Part shown: piece by piece, positions 45,620 through 59,175 of the stretch
How positions within the stretch are numbered: position 1 is the stretch's first letter
Layout of the letters: the number at the start of each line of letters is the position of its first letter
Source: Eledone cirrhosa
Lineage: Eukaryota
DNA length: 64,000 nucleotides
Assembly (NCBI GenBank): GCA_964016885.1
Contig: CAXHJY010001713.1
Span: forward strand, 1-64,000
Direction: 5' to 3'
The notes under the pieces: generated by a model
Told to the model about the DNA's origin: nothing
The model's database searches: none
The model's input: only the letters and a program-made list of their open reading frames with translations
Position numbers and translations under genes: made by a program

Positions 45620-45895
45620 ACCTATCAGTCTTGAGCCTGAGAGCTCACCAGGCCAGTACTTACTCCGGTTTCCGTGCCATTATGCGACTCAGAGTACAAA
45701 GCATCCCATGGACAGGACGCCAGTCCATCGCAGGCTTAACTCCCCAGCTATTGCTGGTTATCATTTTCAGCTGAGTATACTGGAATAACGTAAAATGAAG
45801 TGTTTTGCTCTAGAACACAACACAGCCCAGGATTCGAACCCACGATATTATAATCATAATTCTAACACCCTTACCACTAGGCCACACACCTCCAC
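45620..45895 (-). mobile_element. tRNA-derived SINE family S2 (Meta/V-type central domain)
   Basis: Minus strand: A box tggcctagtggtaag, B box ggttcgaatcc, tgtgttctagagcaaaacactt, cctgcgatggactggcgtcctgtcca, ggaaaccggag. Confidence 0.75.
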
Positions 45896-46677
45896 AGTCA
45901 ACTATATTTCAGACATAATATTGTTTCTAGCTGGTAATAACCTACATTGTGTAATGTAATGCCCTTATTACATTTTTTTAAAAAGACAGTAAACTATGAT
46001 CTGATAGAGAATTAGTTGCTATTTTTAGCAGGTCAAGCGCCTTCAGCGTAAAAGCAACGCCGTGAAGAAGACTCAATTGAAATACTTAATTCCTATTGGT
46101 TGTTCTAAAATAAAAAAAAAAACACCCAATAGGCAGGCTGCTGTAAAAGTGATTCATGTGGTAGAAGGAGGGAGAGAGAGAGAGGGAGATAGAGAAAGTG
46201 TTAGGGGGAGAGAGTGTGTGATGGAGAGAGAATGAGTGAGAGAGTAAGAATTACCGTGTATAACATTACGTTATATTTCACAAGCTTTACAGCTTACAAA
46301 ACACCCCGCCTTCACTTATAATCCGTCAAAGTCCAGCCCTCACTAAACTGTATGTATGTATGCATGTATGTAGTATGTATATAATATGATATTTATGTGT
46401 GTATTTATGTATGTGTGTATGTAATATGTGTGTGTTTGTTTCTTAAATTCTTAACGTGAAACTGCCTGTTCAGTCAGATATTGGTGTATTTTGGGTGAGG
46501 CATTCGGCTACTAAAAACACATGCATGGGTTATATTTCACTATTTTTGAAAATATATTATCAATTTATTTACTTACTATTTCATAATAAAAACGTTTGTG
46601 CTTTTAAAATGCAACACACACACTTACACACATACACACACACATATATATATATATATGTGTATATATATATTTAT

Positions 46678-46758
46678 AAGAACAGAAAGTTTAAGCAAAG
46701 AATCGCTGCTCCACCCTTAACGGGATCTTCTGATTTTAGTCTTCACATTTATTATTGC
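46678..46758. mobile_element. Family A fragment
   Basis: aagtttaagcaaagaatcgctgctccacccttaacgggatcttctga fused to ttttagtcttcacatttattatt. Confidence 0.8.
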
Positions 46759-46792
<34 letters not shown>

Positions 46793-46870
46793 CATACACA
46801 CACGTACACATATATATATATATACACACACGTACACACATATATATATATATATATATATATCATACAA

Positions 46871-47408
46871 TCTAAACTATAATAAAGGAAGGTCTGCGGG
46901 ACTGCATACGGTTTATTTTTTTTATCCCGTTAGTAAAATAAGTTGGATTACTTTGAATAAATAATGAATGAATATTACATAATTTATCTACTAAATTTCG
47001 TAAACAAAAATAATTTCGTAAAAACAAATAATTTAAAATTGACTTCTTTTCAAAGTTGCACTTCCGGTATATCGTTGCCACCACTTCAATTACCATATAT
47101 ATAGAAAGAGAGAGTGTGTGATGTCAACACTTCCGGTGGCGATCACTTAAATAAACATACTAATTTTCTGTCACTAATTTTCTCCTAATGCGTCTTTTTT
47201 TAATGTATCATGGATTACGTTACTGATTACATGAGACATTGTAACAACGTCTTCGTTCACTTTCTGTTTATATTGTCAATTACGATTTTATTTGATGTAT
47301 CATATCTACATGTATATATACTTGCGTATAATATCAATATACACACTACATAATATCAATATACACATGCTAGCCGAAAACCACGCGAGGGGTGGTTTTT
47401 CTGCTTAG
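46871..47408 (+). mobile_element. Probable non-autonomous Helitron
   Basis: A|TCTAAACTATAATAAA start; 3' hairpin aaaaccac(gcgaggg)gtggtttt followed by ...CTTAG|T (imperfect CTRR). Confidence 0.45.
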
Positions 47409-47694
47409 TATACTATAATATATATACATCAAAGTTGGTAGTGACTTTCCACATATGTTTAGATAATTATATAATTATTTATATGTTGTACATATAAAGT
47501 TTTCAACGTCGTCCTACAATTTATTGCATAACATCTTCCATAACCCCTCTTGTTTTATATATCTTGTTTGTCCCACGCTACACCCGACTTGGTCAGCCCC
47601 TTTTCGTCATTTCATATTTTATGTGCATGAATGAAGTTTGTAATTGTGTTCAGTGGTTAAATTAAAAAGAAATGTATTATAACGGTTCTTTATG

Positions 47695-47965
47695 TACTGA
47701 GTTCAAATCCTACCCTTGTCAACTTTCCTCTCCCCACAAAATTGCTGGCCTTATACTAAAATTAGGAACCATTACTAGCCTGGTCTAAGGGCGGTGGATT
47801 AGCTGTATCGGTAGAGCGTCGGATACCATGCTTTGCGGCATAGAGTTAAGTCCCTTTATTTTCTAAGTTCAATTCCCGCTGAGGTTAGCTTTGCCCTCCA
47901 TCCTTGCGGGGTCAATAAAATAAAGGACCAGTAATGAACTGGGGTCGATTTACTCGACTTGCCCC
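47695..47965 (+). mobile_element. S1 SINE fragment plus a diverged near-full copy (from ~47789)
   Basis: ctgagttcaaatcc...; ggcggtggattagctgtatcggtagag...ccatccttgcggggtcaataaaata. Confidence 0.8.
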
Positions 47966-48779
47966 ACATAGGGCAACGAAACCATTTTTGCGCATACTTC
48001 TCCATGTTCATAAAATTCTAATCTGTGGAGTTTTGTCCAACAGCTGTTATCGTGTGTTGGTCGGATCCGGCTATCGATCAAGTCCATCAGTTTCCTGGTG
48101 GTTAGAGCGAAAAAAAGGTTCCTTCTAGTGAACGTCACTAAAAAAAGCGTAGACAGGCCCATTCCTCTTCAGACAAACATTCATCAAATTTTTCAACTTT
48201 CATTTGAAAACTAGATATTAAGGCTTCTACCTGGAAATTTGCTGAAAAGCGGGTAAAAGCTGCAAAGATGGCTCAAGTGAATGGGGCCTACTCTTAGCAT
48301 ACGACTGTAAACCGGGACACAATAGCTGAGAGAAAGTACTTGCACTTGTTGTTGAGGATGAATTAGTTTTCAAGGGTTTTTTTTTATTGGCACAGGATAG
48401 CTGTCCTCCCTATTGAGGGAGAATTTCATTGTTGTATTTCTTTGTTGTTATTCGTTGTTTTTTTTTATATTTTATTTTTACACGACTTGCAGTTTTATGC
48501 GAATTTCTACTGCATTTCTTGATGCACCTGTATATTCCTCAGGTGTGTGCAACACTGAGTTATTTGTTGGAGGAGTACCTTTTGTGAGTCTACTGCACCT
48601 GTCTTGTTTTGTTGTTCAGTTTAGCTTGTAATTCCTTGTATTATTTTAGTGATTGTTCTGTTGCATATGACTTGTTTAATGCTAGTTGTAATGTTTTATT
48701 GGGTATTCAAATTAAAGAGTATATTTCTGTGAGTTGTGTTGTTTAATTTTATTAGGTACTTATTGCATAGGGCGGGCAT

Positions 48780-49450
48780 GTCAAACATCAGAGAACCCTC
48801 TGTTTTGACATGCATGGCGTAGGGCGTGTGTTGAGCTATTAAATGGATAGTCTGTAGTGTTGTAAACCCTGGTATGGCAACTATATTTTTGTTCATATAT
48901 GCTGTGGTTATTATTGGCATCGTTTTTACTCCCATACTCCACATCTTGAAAATTGCAGTTTCTAGATCCTTGTATTTTGACATCTTGTTGGTTGTCCTTG
49001 ATTTCTTTGTCACATAGAATAGGCTGGCCTATCCCATGTTGTTGTCATGTACCGTGTTTGGTACATGTTTATAAAACTTCCTTTCCGTTCTCACGTAGAC
49101 ATTTTGGCATGTTGCCCCCATTGTATAGAGCTGCCAACTTGATCATATATATTTATATTACCATTATTATTACTATTATTAATAGTCTTATTTTATTGTG
49201 TGTCATTACTACGTTACCGAGCACAGCTTTGCGCGCATTGGGTACGTGCAGTATGGTTTTTGGTGATGTTGTTTCTATTGTATTGAGAGTACACTTCGTA
49301 ATGTGAGAGGTGCCTAGTAGTCCTATTTCTGTATGCCGTATATATTTGTAAGTATTGGGTTTTTTTGTTTTGTTTTGCTATCTATCAGTCTATTTTAATT
49401 ATCCCCAGAGCATCTATCATTATGGCAATTTCGTTTTCCCTCTTGAAGGG
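48780..49450 (-). pseudogene. Two decayed 3' ends of R4-like LINEs (endonuclease C-terminus)
   Basis: KMSKYKDLETAIFKMWSMGVKTMPII (ORF 48696-49013); second copy ~49180-49450 with ALGIIK, NIYGIQKIGLLGTSHI. Confidence 0.65.
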
Positions 49451-49769
49451 TCTTCACTCTATATTATAAGCTATTTTATAGCGTCCCAGCTTATGAGCAC
49501 ACCATTCTATACATCATAATATTTTTGTATATATAAGGGCGGTGCCCAGCATGGCCTCAGCCGGATGGCTGGAACAGGTAAAAGAATAAAAAAGAATAAA
49601 TTGTAGACTTTCTTAGTAATCCTGTCAAAGTGAGTAACACAGAATTTGTAAATCTGTTTCTAATTCCTATTAACAATGTTGTTGATCTTGATAATTTATT
49701 ATGAAAAAGTTATTGAATTTTCCAATGCAATAGGTGTCAGGTTTGATAAATTGTTACATAATTAATGCA

Positions 49770-49820
<51 letters not shown>

Positions 49821-50136
49821 CTCTCTCTCTCTCATTAATTAACCACACCCGCATATGCTGATATAAAACAATCTATTAATTGCCTTGAACGTCTAAAACA
49901 TTATATTAATGTTAATTATAAAAATATTTGCTCTAAGGTCGATATATTCCACCACAGGCAATTGTTAACATTCATTTCAACAATTATTACCACGAATCCC
50001 TAATTATATTATCATTCGGTAATAGATGTGTTAAATGGAACATTAAGTCAGACATTTGTTTGTGGCTTCAAGAATTTCTTTAGAAACATTATACCTATTT
50101 TTTCAACCTTTTTTTTATATATATAGTAATAATAAT

Positions 50137-50297
50137 TGTTTCTACTTTTGGCAACAGGACCAGCAATTACCCAGTGTATTACTGGTACTATATTTTATCG
50201 ACCCCGTAAGGATGAAAAGCAAAGTTAACATCAGCGGGATTTGAACTCAGATCATAAAGGGACGTAACTCTATGCTTCAAAGCATGGTGTCCGCCCG
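50137..50297 (-). mobile_element. 5'-truncated S1 SINE with a 21-bp TSD
   Basis: tatatatatagtaataataat at 50116-50136 and 50298-50318. Confidence 0.85.
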
Positions 50298-50318
50298 TAT
50301 ATATATAGTAATAATAAT

Positions 50319-50530
50319 AAACGTGAAGACTAAAATCCAAAGAAGGCTCGATAAGGATAAATATATATCAAATATATAAGAACCACAGAGCAAATATTTA
50401 TTAAAATAACAGATTAAAGTTTAAGCAAAGAATCGCTGCTTTCACCCTTAATTGATTTTATTTTAGTTTCAGAAGATCCCGTTAAGACTGAAAGCAGCGA
50501 TTCTTTGCTTAACTTTAATCTGTTATTTTA

Positions 50531-50532
<2 letters not shown>
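50319..50532. mobile_element. Family A element, head-to-head arms
   Basis: Minus arm broken at ccctta; plus arm agtttcagaagatcccgttaagactgaaagcagcg. Confidence 0.85.
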
Positions 50533-50558
<26 letters not shown>

Positions 50559-50562
<4 letters not shown>

Positions 50563-50712
50563 ACTGTTTCATTCGAAGAAAATCATCATGATTTCCTTCG
50601 AATGAAACAGTTCTAGTCTTGTAGAAGCCAATTCTATATTAAATATTTATACTCTGCTATGTATTGAGTACCTTACTTACTGTGGTTACCTCCGATAGAA
50701 CCCGGGATACAC
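50559..50712 (+). mobile_element. Family B element with inverted 5' arm; junction lies in the hammerhead core
   Basis: gaactgtttcattcgaagaaaatcatc|atgatttccttcgaatgaaacagttc. Confidence 0.8.
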
Positions 50713-50719
50713 TTATATA

Positions 50720-50755
<36 letters not shown>

Positions 50756-51132
50756 CACTCTATAATCATCGCATAACTGAAACAACTGGAATATATTCAA
50801 CCCGGAAAATTACTGCATCTCGAAATTAGTTTAGTTGTAATTTACCATATATTTTATGGCCGCTATTACAATTGAGTAAATAAGTGGAACCAAAGGCAGA
50901 TTGTTTCATTTACTTTAAAACCAATCTGAATTTATTTACTCTGTACTTTCAAATGAGGTTTATTGCTAATCTTTAATCAGTCTTTATAACTATCTTCAGA
51001 CAATATATCGGTCAATCCATAATAAGATTAAGCAAATTCATACTATGTAAAAAGGATTTCTCTTATTAACACACACACAAACACACAGATATAATATAAA
51101 TAAATAAATATATATATATATATATATATAAA

Positions 51133-51270
51133 GTCCCGGGTTCAATCGGGAGGAACCACAGTAAGTAAGATACTCAATACATTAGTAGAGTGTAAACATC
51201 ATGTTTCATATAGAAATGGCTTCTATAAGTCTAGAACTGTTTTATTCAAAAGAAATCATCATAATTTCTT

Positions 51271-51276
<6 letters not shown>
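51133..51276 (-). mobile_element. Family B element, diverged, with a short inverted arm
   Basis: cccgggttcaatcgg...cacagtaagtaagatactcaatac...ttcaaaagaaatcatc|ataatttcttttgaa. Confidence 0.75.
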
Positions 51277-51353
<77 letters not shown>

Positions 51354-51442
51354 GTGTAAAAGGTAAACAGAAATAACAACACAATCGGTACAGTATATGG
51401 AAGGTATATATTAGGTTAACGCTTGAAATAGCAGGAAGAGGG

Positions 51443-51476
51443 TCTTAACGTCGGACGCTAGTCCTTCATCAGAAGA
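51443..51476 (-). ncRNA. Family D hammerhead relic (GAAA reduced to GA)
   Basis: Minus strand TCTT-CTGATGA-A-GGAC(tagc)GTCC-GA-CG-TT-AAGA. Confidence 0.55.
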
Positions 51477-51618
51477 AAAAATGAGAAATAAGATAGATTG
51501 AGGGGACGGGCGGGTTGGGTCACGACATCGTTTTAGCGATGTGTGTGTGTTTATATATATATATATATATATAGTGACGAAACATAAGTCAATTGCATGA
51601 ACTCATAATTCTTTATTT

Positions 51619-51674
51619 ACTGCTATATATATTTCGATAATAGTCATTGAATGGCTATGACCTCATCGGGCAGT
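51619..51674 (-). ncRNA. Family E hammerhead motif with a CCGATGA core variant
   Basis: Minus strand ACTGC-CCGATGA-GGTCATAGCCAT(tca)ATGACTATTATC-GAAA-TATATA-TA-GCAGT; paralogue of 13346-13400. Confidence 0.7.
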
Positions 51675-52817
51675 TAGTCAGTTCTTAGATATGCCAGCTC
51701 TGTGTTTATAGTGTTGATGGTATCAGAGCCTTTATATATATATACACGAGCGTCGCTGTGAAAATTTAATCGAATGTGAAAAGCTTTCTGCTATACTCTT
51801 CGTAGAGAAACATGTAATTGTAATATTTAGAGACAACAACTAAACACCACAAACCATTTTCTTCACCATTTTACTCTTTCTACTAATATTCCAACATCTA
51901 TAAATGGATAATAGAGAAATGAAATCCACAAGCTTAAGACGAAAGAAATGAAGGCACCAGTAAAATATCAGATAAAATGTTTGCTTGAGACGATTGACAC
52001 CTCTCACTCACACTATCTGATATATGTCATTGAAAGGAAACTCTATATTTACATTTTAGTTGCAATAAGAGAGTCTTACTAAAAATTTACAGCCTTTCGT
52101 TTAATGTAGTTCGGACACGTATTGTCAAATGGAAAACATCCCCCAAACTTGTCCCCCATTTTATACCGGATTATATAGAAAACATTACAAATGAGGGCTG
52201 TCAATCGCCTGAAACAAATACCCCTCTCCACGATAAAAAAAAGCCCCCCCCCCATGCCAAAATAAGACCCCCACCACCACCACCACCACCACAAAAAAAA
52301 AGCCCCAAGTAAAACGAAAGTCAGAATATTAACAGAAGCTATTAGATGAAGTGCTGATATGAAAGTTCGTCTGATAGATTTAGATACATTTTAGCTGTGT
52401 GGAAAGGAAAAGGAATTTCATGTCCAGATTAAAAGTGGGATGGGATGAAGGGTTTCCAGAACACAAGCTACTTGTTTGCTGTGAGACTACCAGATAACGT
52501 CAACAAACTCATGAAAAATGTAATCATTAGTGACTTGATACTATTGTAGTTAAAAGAAGATCAGATACGACTGAAACGAATCCTACGAAAATAATGGTTT
52601 CTGATTTAAGCACAAGGCCAGCAATTTTGAGGGGAACAGCCAAAGTATTTTAACCCGTTCCAGTAACCTTATTTAACACAACACAATTATATTTCTCTGT
52701 TGTTTTATTTTGTCCAATATCTACCCATGAAAATGTTTATTAATAGCTATGTTAAGTTTCTATCAAGGTAAATTTACTTGATGATTAACTAAAATTCTGC
52801 ATATTTTATTCAGTTCT

Positions 52818-53010
52818 CAATGGTTTGATTTAGGGTCAAAGCCAATGATTTTTTGGCGGGAAGTCTGAAAGTCGATTAAAGCGCCCCCGGTGCGTGACTG
52901 GTACTTTATTTATACTCCTTATATGGTCGATAAAACAAAGTACCAGTAATGTATTGGGGTCGATTTAATCGATTCTCCACACCCTGGCCTGGTGCCTAAA
53001 TCAGAAACAC
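52818..53010. mobile_element. Two S1 SINE 3' halves joined in inverted orientation
   Basis: ...actggtactttattt / tggtcgataaaacaaagtaccagt... Confidence 0.65.
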
Positions 53011-53571
53011 TCATTGGTTATGTAATGCTCACTATAGTAATGGTGACTATTGATTTCTAATATTGATAAAAATTGGTAAATTTTAAGGGTAAATTGTCTA
53101 TAATCGATATTTTCAGGGTAAATTGTCTATAATCGATACATGGATAGATATAGTTTATTAAAGTTAAACGAGTATACATCTGTTGATATTTTATGTTATC
53201 GACTCCAGAAATAGCAAAAGCAATGTTGGACGTAAGAGGGTCACATCTAAAGATGCCATTTCCTCAAGCGTTATACAGTCTATGATATTCTAGTATTTTC
53301 CGGAAATATAAATATGGCAATTGTTACGAGAGAAATTATTGACAAATTGTCTAAGAATAAAACAACAAAACAAAACAAAAATCGAAAACAAATGTAATGA
53401 ATCAACTTAAAGAGAAACTAGCTGAATATAAGTAGCAATATGTTTATACAAATAGGAGAACTATTTTTTCTTCTATTTGATAGGATCTTAATTTAAGTGG
53501 TTTATGTTATTATTGGTAGTTTATTATGTTTGCTTCATCTTACTGACTTCGTGCTGTAGAATATAAGTATA

Positions 53572-53798
53572 TTAACCCTTTAGCATTTAAACCTGCCGTA
53601 TCCGGTCAGAATTCTCTCACTTCTTTCTGTTCAAACCAGCTATAACTGACCTCTCATACTAATGTTAAGGTATTGTTCTCAAAATAATTAATATCAAAAT
53701 CCCAGATTCGATATTATGTGAGATAATTGTGTAAGATAAAGCCTTTACCGTGAAAATATAATAGTAAATATAGAGTAATGTAAATGCTAAAGGGTTAA
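53572..53798 (-). mobile_element. piggyBac-like MITE with intact ends
   Basis: TTAA-CCCTTTAGCATTTA ... TAAATGCTAAAGGG-TTAA (14-bp TIR, TTAA on both sides). Confidence 0.85.
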
Positions 53799-54192
53799 AT
53801 ATTTAATGATATTTCAAAAAGAATCAATAACAACAATCTTATATTTCAGTTTTCTAAAATCCTAGATTTTACTCCTACCAAAAAGTGCAGGATAAATAAT
53901 GAAAAGTCATAAAAAGGAAAAAAGGACGAAAAATCATTAGTTTGGAAGAAATGGTGGAATGGTGGACACAATGCTCTAGAAGCTTACTTGTTGCTACATA
54001 TAACAAGTGGATTTAATTAAATCCTGTGCATAGTAGCTATTAGACTAGAGAGTCCTTAAAGAGACTGGCGACGCATACTTTTGCCCTTGTTTCTTAAAAT
54101 CTTTATATTATTCACGTAAACGTTTAATTTCTAAACGTAAACAGATACCATTTACTCTGCTAATTGTATTTTACGTTATTATAATACTCCAT

Positions 54193-54385
54193 GGTGGATT
54201 GGCAGTATCGGCAGAGGGTCGGACACCATGCTTTGTAGCATAGAGTTACGCCCCTTTACGATCTGTGTACAAATCCCGTCGAGGTTAACTTTGCCTTTCA
54301 TCCTTACGGGGTCGATAAAATAAAGTACCAGTAATACACTGGGATAATTGCTGGCCTTGTGCCAAAAGTAGAAACAACTCTATTA
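54193..54385 (+). mobile_element. S1 SINE
   Basis: Near full-length match. Confidence 0.9.
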
Positions 54386-55286
54386 TAACACTTCATCTTA
54401 TCACTCAGGTGGAAAATAACTAATTATTCTATAATCATCATTATAATCATTGATATTTTTGTCATAACTAGCTCAACTTCAATCACAGTTTTAATTATGG
54501 TATTTTTAAGAACCAGGACAAACATATCCACACTCAGGTAGTCATATACACACATTAATTATTTCCTTTCTCTGTGCTATAATTTAAATAAAGGCGCGCC
54601 ACCTCCATTTTGTACCCTGCTATATATTCTCGTCTCCCTTAATAATTCACTCAGGTTTACAATACACTATAGACCATACATTGTTTTGTCTATATACGTA
54701 CATCGTATATATATGTACGTTTATATATATATATGTGTGTGCGTGTATGTAGAGATATGTCGTATATATATGTATATATGTTTATATATATACATATATA
54801 AATATATCGTATATATATGTATGCATGTTTATATATAGATATGTATATAGATATCGTATATATATGTATGTACGTTTATATATATATACATATATGTATA
54901 TACATATATCGTATATATGTATGTATGTTTATATATATATATACATATAAATATATCGTATATGTATGTATGTTTATATACATATATAGATACATATATA
55001 TTTATATAATGAGAGAGATATGTGTGTATGTGTGGTTGTGCGCATGTGTAAAACTATTAAAACGTCTCTAGCTGTTTGACGTAGAAGCGTTTTATCTCTC
55101 ATGAGTTATATTCTTCAGGGCCATAGTGTCTTTGAATGTGTTATCAGTATGTCATTTGGGGGCTAGATAGCGTTATCTCCCTTACAGCTCGCTCTTCAAC
55201 AGCTGGAGTTAATTATACCTTATTAGCAACTGTCGTAAACATGTACTTAGGAATTAGAGAGATACACGCGAAGTGACAGTGATAAC

Positions 55287-55326
<40 letters not shown>

Positions 55327-55461
55327 TATAAAAGTTTATATGTGTATATATATATATGTATATATATTTATATATATATACACTTTTACATATATAAATA
55401 TATATATAAAAGTTTATATGTGTGTGTGTGTGTGTATATATATATAAGTTTATATATATAT

Positions 55462-55572
55462 TTTCGAAATATTTACTTCTGCGTCCACAGATTGATTTTT
55501 TTTTAGTTTCAGAAGATCCCGTTAAGGGTGAAAGCAGCCATTCTTTTGCTTAAACTTTAATCTGTTATTTTA
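55462..55572 (+). mobile_element. Family A element
   Basis: AGTTT-CAGAAGA-TCCCGTTAAGGGT-GAAA-GCAG...TTGC-TT-AAACT. Confidence 0.85.
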
Positions 55573-55645
55573 GTGTGTATATATATATATATATATTGTA
55601 AATAGATAATGCCCGAAGGCTGAGCTCACACCGTCGGGCACTTAT

Positions 55646-55828
55646 TTGGCTGTATCGGTAGAGGGTCGGACGCCATGCTTTCCAGCATAGAGTTACGTCC
55701 CTTTACGATCTGAGTTCAAATCCCGCCGAGGTTGACTTTGCCTTTCATCCTTACGGGGTCGATAAAATAAAGTACCAGTAATGCACTGGGTAATTGCTGG
55801 CCTTGTGCCTAAAGTAGAAACAATTATT
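55646..55828 (+). mobile_element. S1 SINE, preceded by a family C-like scrap (55611-55640)
   Basis: Near full-length match. Confidence 0.9.
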
Positions 55829-55863
55829 CACAATACATACATTTTACTTTCCCAAGTATATAT

Positions 55864-55926
<63 letters not shown>

Positions 55927-56049
55927 ACGTGAATGTGTTTGGTGTGTGTGTGTGTGCATGAATGCGTTTGGTGTGTGTGTGTGTGTGTATATATATGTGT
56001 GTTTATGTGTGTGTATATATATTTGTGTGTGTGCGTATATATTTGTGTG

Positions 56050-56082
<33 letters not shown>

Positions 56083-56677
56083 ATTTGTGTGTGTAATGTA
56101 AACTCTATTACATGCATATTCACCTAATTATAATGAGTCTCGTTACAGAGACAATATATTATTTGAGAATGAAAATGTTGAAATATTGAAACCTCTACGA
56201 CAAAATCAATAATAATTAACATTGAAATATAATTGAATTTAAAATCTAATTTCTACTTTCCCTGGTAGTTGATTTGAGAAAAATATATTTAATTAACGTT
56301 GTTAGATATAGAACAATTAATGGACTGATTGAATGATTCATTAGGTAACTGATTGATTTCATTAATTAAATGTACTCTCAGGAATATTTCAACACAGTTT
56401 AAAAGAATAACTTTTTTTTTATATTTCTAAAATGATTTATGAAATTCAACAGTGAAGTTGGATTGATGTTATTTCATAATTTCTTTGAATAAAATGTCTG
56501 TTTAGGTTAGGTTAGAAGGCAATTTGTAGTGGAATATTTACCGAATGCAAAAGCAATATTAACAGTTTATAAATGAAGAGATGTCAATAGCCAGTAGTAG
56601 GAGTTGGCGTGTCTTTCTTTGAAGACCTACTGTCTAGCTCTCTTGAGAGTTTCTTACCACCCTTGTCTTATTATTAT

Positions 56678-56873
56678 GGTGGTGGATTGGCAGTATCGGT
56701 AGAGAGTCGGACACCATGCTTTGCAGCATAAAGTTATGTCCCTTTATGATCTGAGTTCAAATCCCGCCTAGGTTAACTTTGCTTTTCATCCTTACGGGGT
56801 CGATAAAATAAAGTACCAGTAATACAGTGGAGTAATTGCTGGCCCTATGCCAAAAAGTAGAAACAATTATTAT
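56678..56873 (+). mobile_element. S1 SINE
   Basis: Near full-length match with (ATT)n tail. Confidence 0.9.
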
Positions 56874-57111
56874 TTTATCCGGTCTTTTGGATTTAATGCC
56901 AACATCTTCATTCCCCTCAGCTTCTTCTTTACTTCTATTTATAGTATGAAACCGAAACATTAAACAACTTTTTGCATCAATGAAAGCTTAAAGGAGTTGT
57001 AATGACAACAACCTATATTAGTTGCTGTTATTGCAGTTTAACTTTAGATCAGCTCTCGTGGTAATCCTGTTTTCCATTCTGGCATAACCTGTATAGATCT
57101 ACATAACTAAA

Positions 57112-57330
57112 TACGTTTTTCTATTTACATCACTCTATATTTACTATTATATTGTATTTTCATAGTAAACACTTTATTTCACATAATATAAAATCTACGA
57201 GATTTTGATATTATTTATTTTGAGAACAATACCTTAACATAAGTATGGACAGCTGGTCATGACCAGTTTAAACAGAAAGGGGTGAAATAATTCTGACCAG
57301 ATATGGCCAGTTTAAATGCTAAAGGGTTAA
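57112..57330 (+). mobile_element. piggyBac-like MITE with decayed left end
   Basis: Matches 5091-5318; ends tttaaatgctaaagggttaa. Confidence 0.7.
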
Positions 57331-57688
57331 GATGATAGGGTGTAGTTCAATGTATGTATCTATCAGTTATTTCTTGCAGTTTGAGCAACCACATAAATGC
57401 TTCTTCGTACCTCCTCAGACGCCCGTAAAACTTAGGACCCTATTTCCGTTTCAGTTTACATAAGCTATAGAAATGTAATGTATATAATTTGCGCAGGCGG
57501 TTCAATAACACCCAAGCATACGACCTTCTCGAAGAGAGCGTCTATCATATTTATAAACAACCATATACATCACTATGAATACGCCTTGTTGAGTCAAACC
57601 AAGCCTAGCGTTGATATCATCCACTACCCGGAATACCATAACTGGACTACACCTAAGGGGACTGGATATAACTATTATTTGTTACCCC

Positions 57689-57743
<55 letters not shown>

Positions 57744-57976
57744 ATATGCTTGCTAGGATGCGTCCATAGGCGGTATGCAAGTTGAGCACTCTATGTTCCT
57801 TCGGAGCAGAGTATGTTAAAATGGAAAACAAAGAATCAATGATGCATCGGAACACAATTTATTACGTATTGCATGTGTTTCTCCGCCAAACAGCTCGAAG
57901 TGGTGCGATCTGTTTGTGGATCGAACCCGACTCTAGATTCGCAAATTCCTCAGGTACGTCTAGTGATTACGAAGCA

Positions 57977-58026
<50 letters not shown>

Positions 58027-58141
58027 AAATATATATATATATATATATATATACGTAGGTCCCGGGTTGAGTCGAGGATAACCACAGTAAGTAAGGTACT
58101 CAATACATGGCAGAGTAAAATTTTTTTATTTTATAAAAGGA

Positions 58142-58190
58142 GCTTCTACAGGACTAGTACTGTTTCATTCAGATGAAATCTTCAGGAGGC
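58142..58190 (-). ncRNA. Type I hammerhead motif (family B)
   Basis: GCCTC-CTGAAGA-T-TTC(atct)GAA-T-GAAA-CAGTACTAGTCCTG-TA-GAAGC; GUA triplet. Confidence 0.7.
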
Positions 58191-58237
58191 ATTCTGAAGA
58201 TTTCATCTGAATGAAACAGTACTAGTCCTGTAGAAGC
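58189..58237 (+). ncRNA. Type I hammerhead motif (family B)
   Basis: GCATT-CTGAAGA-T-TTC(atct)GAA-T-GAAA-CAGTACTAGTCCTG-TA-GAAGC; weak stem I. Confidence 0.65.
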
Positions 58238-58689
58238 TCCTTCTATAAAAAAAAAAAAATATATATATATATATATATGTGTGTGTATATATGTGTGAAA
58301 AAAAAAAGAAATATATATATATCATTATATTTAATTATTGCTTCAGTTGTCATATCTACAGTCCCAATACTACGTATCTATAAGTAAATATCAATTGATA
58401 GTGATTTCTAATAGACATCAATTAAACATATACCACATACAAACTTGTTCGCCCTAAACGTTATACAAACTTGTTCGCCCTAAACGTAGATCTTCTTACG
58501 AGGAGTTTGAATGTACCAACATTTTAATTACCTTGGTGGGAATTGAAATGATAAAGTAAAGAAATGTAAGTAAATGCCGCAAGATGTCTTCTCTGCCGCT
58601 CCCGTCCAATATAATAACATAGCTTTATGTTCATTTTAGATTTATATTGGTGTTAAATTGCCTACATAACATACCTATACTCATCTTTA

Positions 58690-58807
58690 AACACACACAC
58701 TCATACACACACACATATATATATATATATACGAATACACCGACATATATACACATACATACATGTATATTTATATATATGAATATATACACACGCATAC
58801 ATATATA

Positions 58808-58888
<81 letters not shown>

Positions 58889-59066
58889 GCACACATATAC
58901 ACATACATACATACATGTGTATTTATATATATGAATATATGCACACGCATACATATATATATAGATATATATATACATACATGATGCACACATATACATA
59001 TATAAATATATACACACCCATACATATATGTATATATATATATATATATACATACATACATATATG

Positions 59067-59106
<40 letters not shown>

Positions 59107-59175
59107 TATACATACATATACATACATACACACACAAACACACACACATATCACACACACACATATATATATATT
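58690..59175. repeat. TA/CA microsatellite field
   Basis: Direct inspection. Confidence 0.9.

Larger units (their letters stand above)
58060..58250. mobile_element. Family B element, head-to-head, two complete hammerheads
   Basis: Arms ~58131-58184 and 58194-58250 are reverse complements; flanked by (TA)n. Confidence 0.85.

Noticed and set aside
53087-53140. Short local tandem duplications (also 58436-58487)
   Set aside because: Ordinary slippage-type duplications with no further structure
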